A DNA stretch of 64,000 nt from the human T2T-CHM13v2.0 reference genome, Homo sapiens. A program made the position numbers and the translations under genes. Below the pieces are notes generated by a model, which was not told the DNA's origin, did not search any database, and saw nothing but the letters and a program-made list of their open reading frames with translations. Location: assembly GCF_009914755.1 (NCBI RefSeq), contig NC_060947.1, one strand, 5' to 3'. Below, piece after piece: positions 14,044 to 34,105 of the stretch; within the stretch, counting starts at the first letter, position 1, and the number at the start of each line of letters is the position of its first letter.

Positions 14044-15364
14044 GTAAGAATGTGGGCTCCCTAGGCATCACTCTCACCAGAACATAGCCACCATCTTGAG
14101 AAATCATTCACGCAAAATGAGTATGGCAGCCTTCTGTGATTTCAGTTTGTTTTTCATCTAAAGTCGAATTTCTTATCAGATGTAAACCATGCAGAAGAAA
14201 AGTTGCCAATGACGTTTGGAAAATTATATTTCCATTTCAAAGGGCTTAAGTGGGAATTTGGGGGCAACTTGGCCCAGACCCTGCACCTTATCAGCTGAGG
14301 CAGTTCTTGAAATGCTAGCGTGTCGCCCCAAGGGGCCACCTCTCATTGCTTCCTCGTTATATTAGAGCTCGGGCAAGGACAGAATGTGGCCTCCTAAGGA
14401 GTTGGTGTCACAAGTCTTTTTATGTTATATGTGCCTTCAAACTTCAAACTCAGGCTCGTTTTCTTTGGCTCAAATGTTTGTCCTCCAGTTTTTCTGAGAG
14501 AAATTAAAATGGGGGAGGAAAATTGGCCAGTGCTTTCCCACTTGTCAGTTCTTCTGGGTTGTCTTCAGATATATAGATTCCTGTTGAGTTCTCATGTAAA
14601 ATTCAAGCTCAGAGGAACTGGTTTAATGCCAGTGTGGCTACATTTTACCAGGCTGAAAGACTAACAGTGAAATAGTAGAGTCTAGAAGAAAAATTCATAA
14701 AGCTTTCTTTTTAGACTTTAAAATTTGAAGAATAACAATATGTCCTTAATAATTGTAACCTGCCATATTGAAGTGTGGGCAAAGATTAGTTTTATCTTGT
14801 GAAATGAGGCACATAATTGAAATATACTTGTATAAGTAATTGCAAACATCATTTACTGATTGGTGGTAATGGCTTTATTGACGGCAGAATAGTACAGATA
14901 CAACAAATTAATGTTGACGTCATGATTAAGGAAAATAAGCAGAAACCCATATTGCACGATTTGACCACTTGCTAACCTTACCCCGTGCTCAGGTGAGTTT
15001 CTTTACGACATGTGCAGATATTTAGCCAAATACAAACAGGTACTTGTTAGAAATGTTTTTGTTTTCTTTTAACTTTTGTATCTTGCAGAATTTCAGATAT
15101 AGACACAACTAGTCTGGCTGATACAACAAACCTCTGTGTACCTATCACATAGCCCCAATGATTTTCTCTTACCTACAGTTAACACATAAGGTTGTTTCAG
15201 TCAGTCAATGATGGCGGTACCATAACAGTATCACGGAGCTGAAAAATTCCAGCTCCATTAATCACCTAGTGATGCTGTAGCCATCATGATGTTGTAGCAC
15301 AAGGCAGTGCTCACATAAATGTGATGATGCTGGTAAAAACAAATCTGTGCTACCAGTCGTATAA

Positions 15365-15753
<389 letters not shown>

Positions 15754-16148
15754 TTTTATTATGCTATACTTTTATTGTTATTTTAGAGTATACTCTTACT
15801 TATATATAAAAAAAAGTTAACTGTAAAACAGCCTCAGGCAGGAACTTCAGGAGGTATTCCAGAAGAAGGCATTGTTATCCTAGGAGGCGGCAGCTACCTG
15901 CAGGTTATTGTCCTCTTCTAGTCACCTCCACAGTATAGAGGTGGAAGACAGTGTTATTGATGGTCCTGACCTTGTGAAGGTCTAGGCTGATAAGTGTTTG
16001 TGTTTCAGTTTTTAACCAAAAAGTTTATACGTGTTTGTGTTTCAGTATTTAACCAAAAAGTTTAAACGGTAAAAAAATTAAAAATTTTAAAAATAGAATA
16101 ATAGAATAAAGATATAAAGAAAGAAAATATTTTTGTACAGCTGTGCAA

Positions 16149-16331
16149 TTTTTTTAAATTTTTAAATTTTTGTGGGTACATAGGTGTATATATTTATGGG
16201 GTACATGAGATGTTTTGATACAGGCACACAATATGAAATAAGCACATCATGAAGAATGGGGTATCCATTTCCTCAAGCATTTATCTATTAAGTTGAAAAC
16301 AATTTGACTACACTCTTAAGTTATTTTAAAA
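16149..16331 (-). mobile_element. L1MA 3'-end fragment nested in Tigger3
   Basis: tttttgtgggtacataggtgtatatatttatggggtacatgag...cctcaagcatttatc, the L1MA terminus in antisense. Confidence 0.8.
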
Positions 16332-16612
16332 TTGTACAGTGTGTTTTTGTTTTAAGCCAAGTGTTATTACAATGGAGTCAAGAAGGTTAAAATAAATTTT
16401 AAAGTTTATGAAGTAAAAACTTACACTCTAAGGTTAATTTATTATTGATGAAAGGATTTTTTTTTTTGGTAAATTTAGTGTAGCCTGAGTGTGCAGTATT
16501 TATAAAGTCTACAGTAGTGTACAGTAATGTCCTAGGCCTTCACAGTCACTCACCACTCACTCTCTGACTTACCTAGAGCAACTTCCAGTCCTGCAAGCTC
16601 CATTCATGGTAA

Positions 16613-16995
<383 letters not shown>

Positions 16996-17293
16996 TTTTC
17001 TATATTTAGTTGTGTTTAGATACACAAATAGTTACTATTGTGTCCCAACTGCCTATAGTATTCAGTACAGGAACATGCCATACAGGTTTGTAGCCTAGGA
17101 GCAATAGGTTCTACCATCTAGCCTAGGTGTATAGTAGGCTATACCATCTAGGTTTGTGTAAGTACACCCTGTGCTGTTCGCACAATGAGGAAATCACCTC
17201 ATGATGCATTTCTCAGAACGTATCCCTTTTTCTAGAAATGGAATCTCATAATATGTGGTCTTTTGTGTCTCTTTCATTTAGCATAATGTTTTA

Positions 17294-18067
17294 GTTTTTT
17301 TTTTAATTAAAACATTTGTGTGGGTACATAGGTGTATATATTTATGGGGTATGTGACATGTTTTGATGCAGACATGCAATACATAATAATCACATCATGG
17401 TAAATGGGGTATCCATCCCCTCAAGCATTTATCCTTTGAGTTACAAACAATCCAATTACATTCTTTAAGTTATTTAAAATATACAATTAAGTTATTGACT
17501 ATAGTCACCCTATTGTGCTATCAAGTAGTAGGTCTTAGTCATTCTTTCTAACTAGTTTTTTGTACCCATTAGCAATCCCCGCCTCGCCCCTACTCTCTCC
17601 CTGCCACTACCCCTCACAGCCTCTGGTAACCTTCCTTCTACTCTCTGTGTCCATGAGTTCAATCATTTTGATTTTTAGATCCCACAAATGAGAACATGCG
17701 ATGTTTGTCTTTCTGTGACTGGCTTATTTCACTTAACATAATGATCTCCAGTTCCATCCATGTTGTTGCAAATGATTGGATCTCATTATTTTTTTTTAAT
17801 GGCTGAATAGTACCCCACTGTGTATACATACCACATTTTCTTTATTCATCTGTCAATGGACACATAGGTTGCCTCCAAATCTCAGCTATTGTAAACAGTG
17901 CTGCAGCAAACATAGGAGTGCACATATTTCTTTGATACACTGATTTCCTTTCTTTTAGGTATATACCCAGTAGTGGGATTGCTGGGTCATATGGTAGCTC
18001 TAATTGTAGTTTTCTGAGGAACTTCCAAACTGTTCTCCATAGTGGTTGTACTAATTCCCACCAACAG
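17294..18067 (-). mobile_element. L1MA 3' portion inserted into an older L1MB-type fragment (about 17235-18320)
   Basis: 16-bp TSD ttagcataatgtttta at 17278-17293 and 18068-18083; ORFs 17842..18096 and 18115..18372 resemble the L1 ORF2 C-terminus (DPAIPLLGIY). Confidence 0.88.
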
Positions 18068-18974
18068 TTAGCATAATGTTTTAAAGGCTCATTCATGTTG
18101 TATGTACCAGAATTTCATTCCTTTTTATGGCTGAATAATTCCATTATATCAGTACATCCCATTTTATTTATCCATTCATCAGTTGATAGGCATATGGTGT
18201 TCTTCCACTTTTGGAGTATTAAGAATAATGCTGATTTGAATATTTGTGTACCAGTTTTTATGTGAACATATATTTTTATTTCTTTTGAATACATACCTAG
18301 GAGTGGAATTGCTAGATCAAACTGTACTGGGAGCTGAAAGCATTCAAATTCAATCTCAGTAAGGTCTAACATTTCAAGAACAGCTGGGTCTTGCAGTTAT
18401 GTAACATGTAAAGTGGAATGATTGCCTGATTTCAGTTGATACAGGTAAATCAACAATGAAGGAAGAAAGATTCCTGGATAAGTTTCTCAAAATGCCACTA
18501 GGAATTCTTAAATCTCACCAAAAGCTTTCCCAAGATGTCTGTCTTATCTCTGTGTGGTGTGATCAATGGTATTAATTTTCTTCTTTTTGGTCAGTTTTCT
18601 ATTACTTTTCTATTTGAAATTTCTATTTGAAATCTGCCAAATTTGTTCAAAGTTTTGAACTTCGTCTTCTAAATTTTTGGAAAAATTTTGCAGATTTTGG
18701 TAAAAATGAAGCAGAAATTAATTTATGTGATTTGCATCTTTCATGAGCATTATGTTATTGCTTCTTTTGCCCTATTGTAATTTACATATTTTTAAAAAAG
18801 CTATTCATGTGTTGCTTTTGGTCCCATGATTCATAATTGCTTTGAGGAATAAATATGTTTGTGGTTATACAGAAGAGATTGCTGAATGAAAAAATTGTGA
18901 TTCATTTGTATATAAATGTAAAAGCTACTCTAGCTGAGTAATTAATGGTTTATTTAAACAATGGCACTTGACAG

Positions 18975-19038
18975 GTTCTGTGGCCAAGAACTTCTTCACC
19001 AAATCAAAGCTTTCCATTCCAGAACTCTCCTATATATG
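18975..19038 (+). CDS. REPS2: REPS2 exon B (64 nt, phase 1/2): (G)SVAKNFFTKSKLSIPELSYI(W)
   Basis: Acceptor cacttgacag|, donor tatg|gtaagt; EH-domain S-K-L...L-x-x-I-W motif; phases match neighbours. Confidence 0.96.
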
Positions 19039-19945
19039 GTAAGTACAATTAATGCCATATGACATTCATACCATCATCCATAACTCATCCTTTAGTTCCT
19101 ACCTTTGCATTTTTTAAAGGCTTATGTTTTGAATGATGTTTTTAACAGACTACAGGAATGAATACAACTCAGATTTTTGTTGCTGTGAAAATTAAATGTT
19201 ATATGAAAAGTACAATGAACAATGTCTGGCACGTATTAAGCACTATGAGTGTTAACTATTATTTTAAAGTAATTTCCTAATTATTATCCCCATCTCAATC
19301 CCTTTTCAGTCTAGGCAGTTGTGGGCACATGAGACTTACCATCCTGTAGATTTCATTTTCAGACTTTTCTGCTAGGTGTGATACAAGTAACCAGAGGAGC
19401 TTGACAAACTATTTTTTATATTTTATAAGGCTGAGTGAACAGAAGGTTGAGGAATATTTTGGAGTTAGGTTAGATTTGACTATTCTAGCTGCCTCTGAGC
19501 TTTGCAAATTTGGCTGGTGTTTATCAGTTGGGCCCTAATTCAGACTTGCAGCTGTGGTATCCACTGCACCTTTATGCACTCTGGTTCCAAAAGGGCTATG
19601 CTGGGATGGTCCAGATGGCTCTATTTGCATTCATGAAAATGCTTGGTGCTGCTGTAAACTCTCGGCTGTGTGTGGGCTAGTTCTTCCCCAAAACTGGGCA
19701 GGAGATCGCACTGCTATAAATATATAATTAAAAACATTATAATGTTTATATAAAGCTTTTTGCATGAGGATTTACAGAATTATGATAGGATTTAAAATTG
19801 CTTGTCATGTTTTGTGCATCTTATTGGAAAACTACTCCAATAATACTCATGCATGTCAATGTATCTGGGATTCTGAGCTGGATTTAGGTTCTTCAACAAT
19901 ATATACTCTGGCATAATTTTTTTGTTTTTACAAGCCTTATATTAG

Positions 19946-20241
<296 letters not shown>

Positions 20242-21400
20242 TAGATTTTCTGGCTAGGGAAGAATAAAGAAATTATCATTTTGAAAAGAATACCATTTGT
20301 TTTGGCAGAATTCCCAGTCTAAACATTGTTGGCATGAGACCTCCTATCTTTTTGTTGAGACACGCCTATGAAAGCTGAATGGTATTCTTTCGATCTGGCG
20401 TATGAAGCAGTTTCCTGACCCCTCACTCTGGGGAACAGCTATTTCAGGGCCCCAGTGCATTCGAAATTGGAGGAGGAGGATGTAAATGGTCTAAAGGAAA
20501 GTTATGGAGCTTACCTTAGAAATATATTTTCTTTCAAATAGTAATACCTTTCTAGAATAATTTTGTATTTGTCTTATCTCTATGCTTGTCCTAACACAAG
20601 TACACTTGTCCCTGTCTACCTAAGAGATGGTTAAGCTTATGGGGTCTTAGATATAATACTTTGGCAAATAAGTTTCTTTTGTGCTGAGTAAATAGGTCTG
20701 TGCCTTTTAGTGGGAAATAATGACTGAAGTTAAGCCTGTTTGAGACTCCCCCTTTCTTCCTTTTTGTCTTATCTGGTTCCAGTCAGCTTTAGTTACTAGT
20801 TTTATCCTAAAACATAATTCATTCCATTTTTTATTGAGCTTACTTGTGTTTTCCCAGGAGGGAGTTCTCAAGCAAAGAACAGTTTGGTACAAAAATTTAC
20901 GTGACTTGAAAAGTTCACGGTTTTCCTTTAAAGCTGAAAAACAAAGAGCTTATTTCTGTGCTCCAGGTAAACTGCATAATGGCTAGGACAACTATAAAAT
21001 GGCTGGGGCCACCCTTCCTCTGACTGTTTTGAACACCATGTCCAGGGCTTTTCACCCCATGCAGCCTGCATTTACTGAATGACTGTGGACTTCTGGGTAT
21101 CATTTTTATTTCTGTGCCATAGTTTCTTGTCCTATGTCCTCAGTGTTGTAAGACACACCAACTAGGGAACCTGAAGAATTTAAATTTTTATTTATAAAAT
21201 GCTACTGATGCTGATCCCATCAATCGGCATTTTTCTTCCTCGGAGTGGCCCCCAGAGATTTCAAATGGATTTGGCTAGGAGGGTTTGGGTATCTGGTAGG
21301 GCCATCACCACAGAGTCTGGGAGTTTTATTGGCACGTTTGGGCCAAGTAACTTGTTCTGTAAGCCCCATGGTAGGTACTCATGACATTTGTTTCATTTAG

Positions 21401-22626
<1,226 letters not shown>

Positions 22627-23001
22627 AAAAAACTTTTGTTTCTTAAAATGATGTCCAGATACTTTGGGGAGTCCTTGGTATTTACAGTTATTGTTCTTTA
22701 ACTGCTATTAGACTTTCACATCTCATAATGTGAGGTATAGGGCTGATCTGGGTAAGTGTGTATTACCTGTTTTTCTCATTCTATACCCTCTGGATGGATT
22801 TGAACCAAAGTCACTTACCCTTTCATGACAGTTGTGAAATAGGCAAGTACTGAACCTCCCAGCTGGTATAAAATGAAGAGGAAGATCCTGTAGAGCCAAG
22901 TGTTAACTTGGCATTTTTAGGCACACCCGAGTGTCTCCGGGTGGCCCTGGGCAATGGAGTGGAATGGAACTCTTATACCTAATTTAAAAGTCAAAAAATT
23001 A

Positions 23002-23336
<335 letters not shown>

Positions 23337-24756
23337 TCACCTTAAATGTATGCTTGATGAATTTTTGTATATGTATACACCCATGTAACTACAATCAGAT
23401 GAAGATATAGAATATTCTAGCATATCAGAAGGTTAGAATAGAACTGTTATATTTCTCCTTAATAAAACAGTCTCGCTCAAATTATTGTTTTGGACCCTTT
23501 AGATGGGAAAGAGTCATGGTGAGTATAACATATGTATTAATTCCTTTGGGAGAGTAGAAAAATTAATAGTGTGTCTTGCCCTTTTCAAAGGCAAATGGGC
23601 ACTGGTCTGATTTCCATTATTCATGGAAGTATAGTGCTCATTGAGAGGCCCCAGAAACAGCTGGTGCTTTCAACAACCTTTCTCACTTTTTAGGGAAGGG
23701 CTGTTAAAGAAATGAGAGCTTAGTCATGGGTGATTATTAGCAAGAGAGAGCAGTGTCTAAAGAAACTTTAATTACTTATTAGTAGAGTATGAATTTTGTG
23801 ATTAGATCTGCAAAAGGCCTTAGATTATCTTGTCTAGCCCCTTCCTCATGATGACACCAGATTCAAAGTGGCAAATGTCTTATCTAAGTTTGTCTCGGGG
23901 CCTCTGACTCTCTTAAATAAAAAGTCTGTCATTTTCTGTGTTAAATAGTGAGAGGAGAGGAACTCAACCAAAGGGCAGAGGCCAAGTTTGTGGCTGCTGC
24001 TAAGTGACAGGTAAACATGTTGGGGGAAGAGTGACCCATTCTGGGATCTTCTTCAAATGTCCTCATAAAATATGTGAAGGGGAGAGTTCAGAGAGCAAAA
24101 CCTACTAATTTCTGGACTTGGATTTTGCTAACAATACCTGCTTTCTGCCTATTGCAGGCTGTAACTCTAGCCTGCTGCCCTTCCTTAGATGCTTGGAAGA
24201 CTCTCATGGGTCCCAGGAATTAGCTTGCAATTGAGGAGCATGGGAAACTCCTCTTTTCTCTTTGGTGTCTTTCTGTCTCCATTTCATTCTCTCCCTCGTC
24301 TTGTCTTGTCTTGTCTTTTTCTTTTCTTTTCTTTTCTTTCTGTTTCTTCTGAATCAGGGCAAAGAAGCACTGGCATTCTGGGGGCTATCTTGACGCCTAC
24401 ATGGCTCTCATTGCCAAGGCAGTGCGGGGTCATAGAGGAGCCCCTTTTCTTGGGATTGGAGACACATGGGGCTTTTGTCTCTCTCTAAAGGGAATTAATA
24501 GCTGGCAAAGGGCCAAGTTCTGTTCTAGGGTTATATTTAATACCTTCGCCGTGTCCTCTTTCAAGCCCTGGAGAGAGTCCTGGGTAACCTCATCTCCCAT
24601 ACCCACACTGAGTTTTCTGTTTGGGGGTCATGACTAGTACTGTTTTATTGTTTTGATGCCATATGGCCATGGAACCTGTGGGACATGCCATGACTCCTTA
24701 TTTGATAAGTCACTTTTGTAGGTGTCCAAGTGTTTCACAGACTATTTCAAAAGTCA

Positions 24757-25102
<346 letters not shown>

Positions 25103-25463
25103 CTAAAAGTATGTTAACAGGAAAGAAGTAATCTCTTGATTCCTTTCCTACTGCCAATGGCTTCTTTTGACCTGCTTATTCAGTAGAGGGGAATCTATAA
25201 AAAAGAGTGCCAATGAGCCCCATGTTTCTTCCTGGACTTTTATGGAGACTGTCAGCATGCATTTATACAGGAACAAGGGAAGAATCCATCATATACACTT
25301 CAATTAAACAAAAATTGCACATCATTTCTAGGGCTTGTGGGATTAATCTTAAATAATAATTATATAGTTCTAACAGAAAACATGAAAGAACCCATAAAAC
25401 TCTATCAAACTCAGTGACGGTATATTTTAAAATGCTTTATCACCTATGTTTATCATTGTATGA

Positions 25464-25887
<424 letters not shown>

Positions 25888-26043
25888 TAGTGTTTTTTTT
25901 TTTTTTTTTAAAGCTTAACTCTTACCTTTTTCCAACTTTTTTCTAATTGATCTATATTCAGTCTTTAAAAAATCTAATCCAGTTTTTGATAAGATTGGTG
26001 AAGAGTATAAATTTGGTTGATATCTTCATGCATTCATAACTAG

Positions 26044-26375
<332 letters not shown>

Positions 26376-26492
26376 TAATGGAACAGGAATTGTATCTGAT
26401 GCCATTTTACTTGCAATTATGGAAATAGTCCCTTTTCCCTAATAGTAAAACTTCAAGGACAGAGTTGTATTAGTTGGTGGCTTACCCGCTAG

Positions 26493-26959
<467 letters not shown>

Positions 26960-27029
26960 TCACCTTTTGATAGGTGATTGGGTGGGTTCTGGTAGAAATT
27001 TTTGCCATAGAGTTTGTTAAAAAATACCT

Positions 27030-27650
27030 ATGGAGTACTTACTGCGTGAGAGGTACCACATTGTTCACTGTGGTCAGAATGCTGTATGACAGAGCTCCTA
27101 CTCCCATGAACTTGTGGGCAGTTGATACGTGCCATGAAGGGGAAGTACAGGTGCAGCAAGAGGGTGCATGATCTTAGGGAAGATTTCCTTAAACGTTTGG
27201 GCTGAGATGTGAAGGCTGAGCTAAGGACTACATAGGTGAAGAAGAGAGAAGCTTAGGTTCTGGGAAGGGGGAACAGCAGGTATGCTGGGGAGGCTCTGAG
27301 AGGGGGCTTGGAGCATAGGAGGAGTGGGAATTTCAGGCCACAGTGGCTGGCGTGCACAGAACCGGGGTAGAGAGGCTGGGTTGAAGCTGAGGAAGAAGGT
27401 GGGGAACATATGACGGGCAATAATGTCACCTTATTTTAGGCAGATAAGTGACACAATCAGATTTGCTATGTGAAATGATCATGCAGGTTACTGTCCAGAG
27501 AACAGGTTTTGAGGGGCACGGGTAGAAACCAGAAGACTAAGTTGTGGTAGCTGGCCAGTCAGGAGCAGCGGGGTGCTTGCAATGGGGAGGTGACAGTGAT
27601 ATGGAGAGATGTGGACACCTTGGAGAGAGATTTAGCAGGTAATTGACAAA
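27030..27650 (-). mobile_element. Degenerate L2 fragment(s)
   Basis: Purine-rich antisense L2-like motifs (gagctaagga, gtgacacaatcagatttg, ggagagatgtggac). Confidence 0.5.
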
Positions 27651-27862
27651 ATTATAGTTTTGGAAAGTGTTAGCTTTCTTCACAGGAAGATCCGCTCATG
27701 ATAAAGCATCAGTCATATAATACCAGTCAGAGCCTTGATTGATAGACTAGAAAGAGAAATCGGTGAAATTCAGACCAGAGTAAGCAAATGAACAAATTAA
27801 GGTGCTTGTACTCAACTCCATGTGGTGCTGATACTCAGACCAGTACTTCCTTACTTACTTAC

Positions 27863-28131
<269 letters not shown>

Positions 28132-28759
28132 TAAAAACAATGCCAATCCACTTTTCACATTTGATTCAAATTTTTTTAAACCTTGCATTACAATTTTATT
28201 TCCTAATAGCTTGTTGTGACAAATTTGATTTGTAGCTTCTGTTTATTATCTGCCACAGTCTGCTTTTCCTCTTTGGAATATTGACAAATTTTCTAGCTGT
28301 TGAGATATTTCTTTCCTAATTACTTTGTGACAAAGTAGTGAAGCAGAATCCGCTTCTAAGACATAGCCTGGTGTGAAGTAATTAGCTTACCAAGTAGCCT
28401 GATCTTTCCTCGTGTGAATTCACTCAACTACCGAAATAACAGCCAGTGTCACTATTGCATATTGAAAGAAACCCTTAATGTGATTCTTTTTTTCTTTGTT
28501 GTAAATCAGCAAGAATTTATGCTCTTATTTTTATCATTCCTGCCAACCAAGGAGATAAATATTTCGTAAAATCATGTTGGGTGCACATCATTATAAGATC
28601 TTGCCTATTTCTAACAATAGTTAAATGATGTATTTCCTTAGTTAATGTCCCTATACATTAGAAACTACACTAGTAACATAGTTAAGACTTACATATTGTG
28701 ATAGTGATGGTTATTGTGGAAAATTACTATGCTATAACATGAAGTGTTCAGAGCACATA

Positions 28760-28880
28760 CCCTTCAGCCAGACTGCTGAGAGTTCAAGTCCCTGCTCTTC
28801 CATTTATCAGCTGTATGACCTTGAGTAAGTTGCCCTGTTCTCAGTTTCATCACATGTGAAATGGGGATAATAGAAGTACT
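28760..28880 (+). mobile_element. MIR fragment
   Basis: gagttcaagtccctgctctt...ctgtatgaccttgagtaagtt...tgtgaaatggggataata. Confidence 0.7.
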
Positions 28881-29056
28881 GGGTTGTCCATATAAAGAAC
28901 TGAAAGTACTACCTCAGCATGATGAATGCCATATGTGGTCTATCAGAGCTAGCTGATTTTGTTGTTATATTTAACAAGCACAGAAAAACTGATGGGAAAC
29001 ACTGATTACTATGGCTATAGGAAATATTCTGATATATTCTTTTTGTTTCTTCTTAG

Positions 29057-29151
29057 CTTTTCCTAAGCCCAAATGGGACTGTCAATTATTTGATTCTTAT
29101 TCTGAGTCACTGCCGGCAAATCAACAACCTCGTGACTTGAATCGGATGGAG
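29057..29151 (+). CDS. REPS2: REPS2 exon D (95 nt, phase 1/0): (A)FPKPKWDCQLFDSYSESLPANQQPRDLNRME
   Basis: Acceptor tttcttcttag|, donor gag|gtaaaa; contained in ORF 29011..29370. Confidence 0.94.
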
Positions 29152-30540
29152 GTAAAAGATCTTCATATGCTAATAAATAAGGATGTGTATGGAGCTAAAT
29201 CCATTGGCCTATGTTCTTTACAAATTCTGGAAAATGAACTTTTTTTTTGTTTGAAAATGAGCTTTTATAACATTTCCTTTTCATACTTGGTAATTATTAA
29301 TACTTTGATGCTCAGCCTTTCAGATCTAGACACCAGATGTATCTATAATTTTTTTCCCTTTTCTCCCTAAAACTGGATGTGGTAAAGTAAGTAACATAAT
29401 CTCTAGACCTTCTAGATGTGAAATGTAGATATAGCCAAACTAAGACAGAAAATTCTAGCCAAGTTATTTACTTTAACCAAGCTTTAATTCCCTAGTAAAC
29501 AATTTTGATTGTATTTTTATCAGTTGGGCATTAATAAGCTATACTGAATCAGAACTGTTTTGAGAAGAGGTTTGAGAACTTTATATGAGGGCCCCAAATC
29601 ACATTCGGAACTCCCTCAGGGTTTTTAGCTTTTGAACCAAATGAGGACTGATTTGGATGATCCCCAGAAGGAACTTGGAGAATTCCCCCAGTGTTGGGCC
29701 ATGGATGGAAGGGCTTAGCCAAGTGCTTAGGAAGCCTTAGCTATGGATCAATAAATAGGAGTTGTTATAGTTATTGTTGTCATCACCATTGTCATTATCA
29801 TCATCATCACCATTATGATTACTGTGATGACAATTTAGGATACCTGCTTTTCCCTTCCTTAAAAGATCTGGAAATGTTTAATAAATGGAGCTTTATTCAC
29901 AGACTCCATAATAGTCAGAGACTATTAGAGTCCTCTGACCCTAGTTGAAACCACTGCAAGATGATAGAAGTCAAAGTCAGGGAACAGGGACATTTCTTTA
30001 ATTTCTTGTGACTGTGCATGATGATTTATTCTCTCACATGAGGCCCTCATGCCTGTAGCATGTGTTATGGATGGCACCGTCTGCTCCCCTGTGAGCCAGT
30101 CAAGCCTGCCTTTCCAGTGCCCCTCTGACTAACATCTCTCTGCCATTTTGCTTCTCTTTCTTTGAGTTGTGTCCTCCATGGTACTTTCCTCAGATTTCTA
30201 CTCATGGGAAAAAGACATAAAGAAAAGTCACTTCAGGAGGAATGACAGATGTGCATTTGAAGAATTTTGGTTAAAATTTTTTTTTTCTGCAGAATGCTTA
30301 TGACAAAGAGAGAGATAAAATAGTTTGCCACTTTTCATGGCCCTCAGTTTACTTTGGGGCTTCTAGCAGTGTTTAAAGAGCTTTGTTTATCAAGCCAGGA
30401 TGGATACATCTATGGCTCTCTGACTATGTGTGTGTGTGTGTGTGATGGGCCCCCTGCTTGCATAAAATGATGAAGTTATTAGTTGGTCTTCTTTAAAACG
30501 GCCATAAAATCTGTTACACATGCACACGTCTGTTTTACTG

Positions 30541-30542
<2 letters not shown>

Positions 30543-30569
<27 letters not shown>
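30543..30569. repeat. (AC)13 microsatellite, with (TG)9 at 30427-30444
   Basis: Read directly. Confidence 0.92.
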
Positions 30570-30571
<2 letters not shown>

Positions 30572-31229
30572 CTCTCTCGCTTGCTCTTTCTCTCTCTCTA
30601 ATGTCCTGGATGGCGTTACATATATTCACCTTTGTGGATTTTATATGCAGCTAGTTTTATATACTTTTGCATACTTTAAGTGGCCTCCTTGGGGAGGGGA
30701 GATTAAAAACTACCTAGTCTTTTTTTTTTTTTGCCCTATCCAAAGAAGAAAGCAAAACAACAACAAAAAATCCCCTCTTTTCCAACCAAATTGTTATTTT
30801 TGAGGATGCTATGGTTTTAGACAATGAATGCAGTAAACAGAATTCAAGGACAAAGTAATAGGGTTTATTGATGGTTTGTTCATTTAAGAAGTACGGGTCA
30901 GATTGCAATAATGATTCAATATTTCATGTTCTTCTAAACTATTACTGATTGTTCTTTCTACTAGTCTTTTAATCTATCATGAATGCATGGAGTTTAATTA
31001 GATTTTGGAACCAGCCCTGTGATCGATGACTCCAGTATAGGTGGTTGTGTTCTGAACAAAGCTGCAGCTGATTTAGGTCTCAGGTCATGAGAAATTGGCT
31101 TAGTGATACATCTTTTTCTAAAGACAGCAGAGCTGTTAGCCATGTACTTATTTCCATTAAGAATTACAGATGATAATTTCAAGTATATTTCTTTTTATGA
31201 GTGTCTCTTACATTACTGGATTTCTTTCT

Positions 31230-33050
<1,821 letters not shown>

Positions 33051-33231
33051 GAGATTTCTTTTTATCTACATTGCCTACTTCTAAATTATGTTATTCTCCA
33101 AAGGGGCCTGATTTATAATGCAGGTGGGAAAAGACAATGAAAGAAATGCACTGTTATGATACATTGTCTGTTCTATTGGAGATAGTAGACTTTGAATAGA
33201 AAATTATATCTGGATACTTTGTTTTAATGAG

Positions 33232-33499
<268 letters not shown>

Positions 33500-33899
33500 T
33501 TACCTGAGTGAAGACTGTTAAATCTTAGACCAGTTTTCTACTGAGTAATACTTCAGTCTCTTTCTTCAGAACAGTTTAAAAACAAAAGTATTGCTTATCT
33601 CTCTGGGGTTGTTTAGGTTCTGAGAGGTAAACCAATTAACTTTTTGGAACACCAGATGGCTCCAGGCATTTACTCTCCTTCCTTCAAGATAAATGTTACA
33701 ATTTATCTTTATTTAATTTGTGACTATGTTTTAAATATAAACAATATCAAAAGACATATGTTGACAAGTCTTCCTCCCATCTACCAACTCACCTTTCAAT
33801 TCTTACATATCTTTCCAGAGTTTGTGTATATAAATAAAGCAAATGTGAATATATATTATTCTTGAACTTAATCTTATAGGCATTAGAGTGCATATTCTT

Positions 33900-34105
33900 T
33901 TCCAGCTTTGAGGTATAATTGACAAAAAATATATATTTATGATGTTTTCATCTATGTATATATTGTGAAATGATTACTGCAATCAAGCTAGTTAACATAC
34001 CTGTCACCTCTCACATAGTTACCTTTTTTTGGTGTGGTGAGAACATTTAACATCAACTCCCTTAGCAGTTTTCAAGTATACCATACATTGTTATTAACTA
34101 TAGTT
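33900..34105 (-). mobile_element. L1MA/MB 3' end fragment
   Basis: gaggtataattgacaaa...ttgtgaaatgattactgcaatcaagctagttaacatac...gttattaactatagt. Confidence 0.7.
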
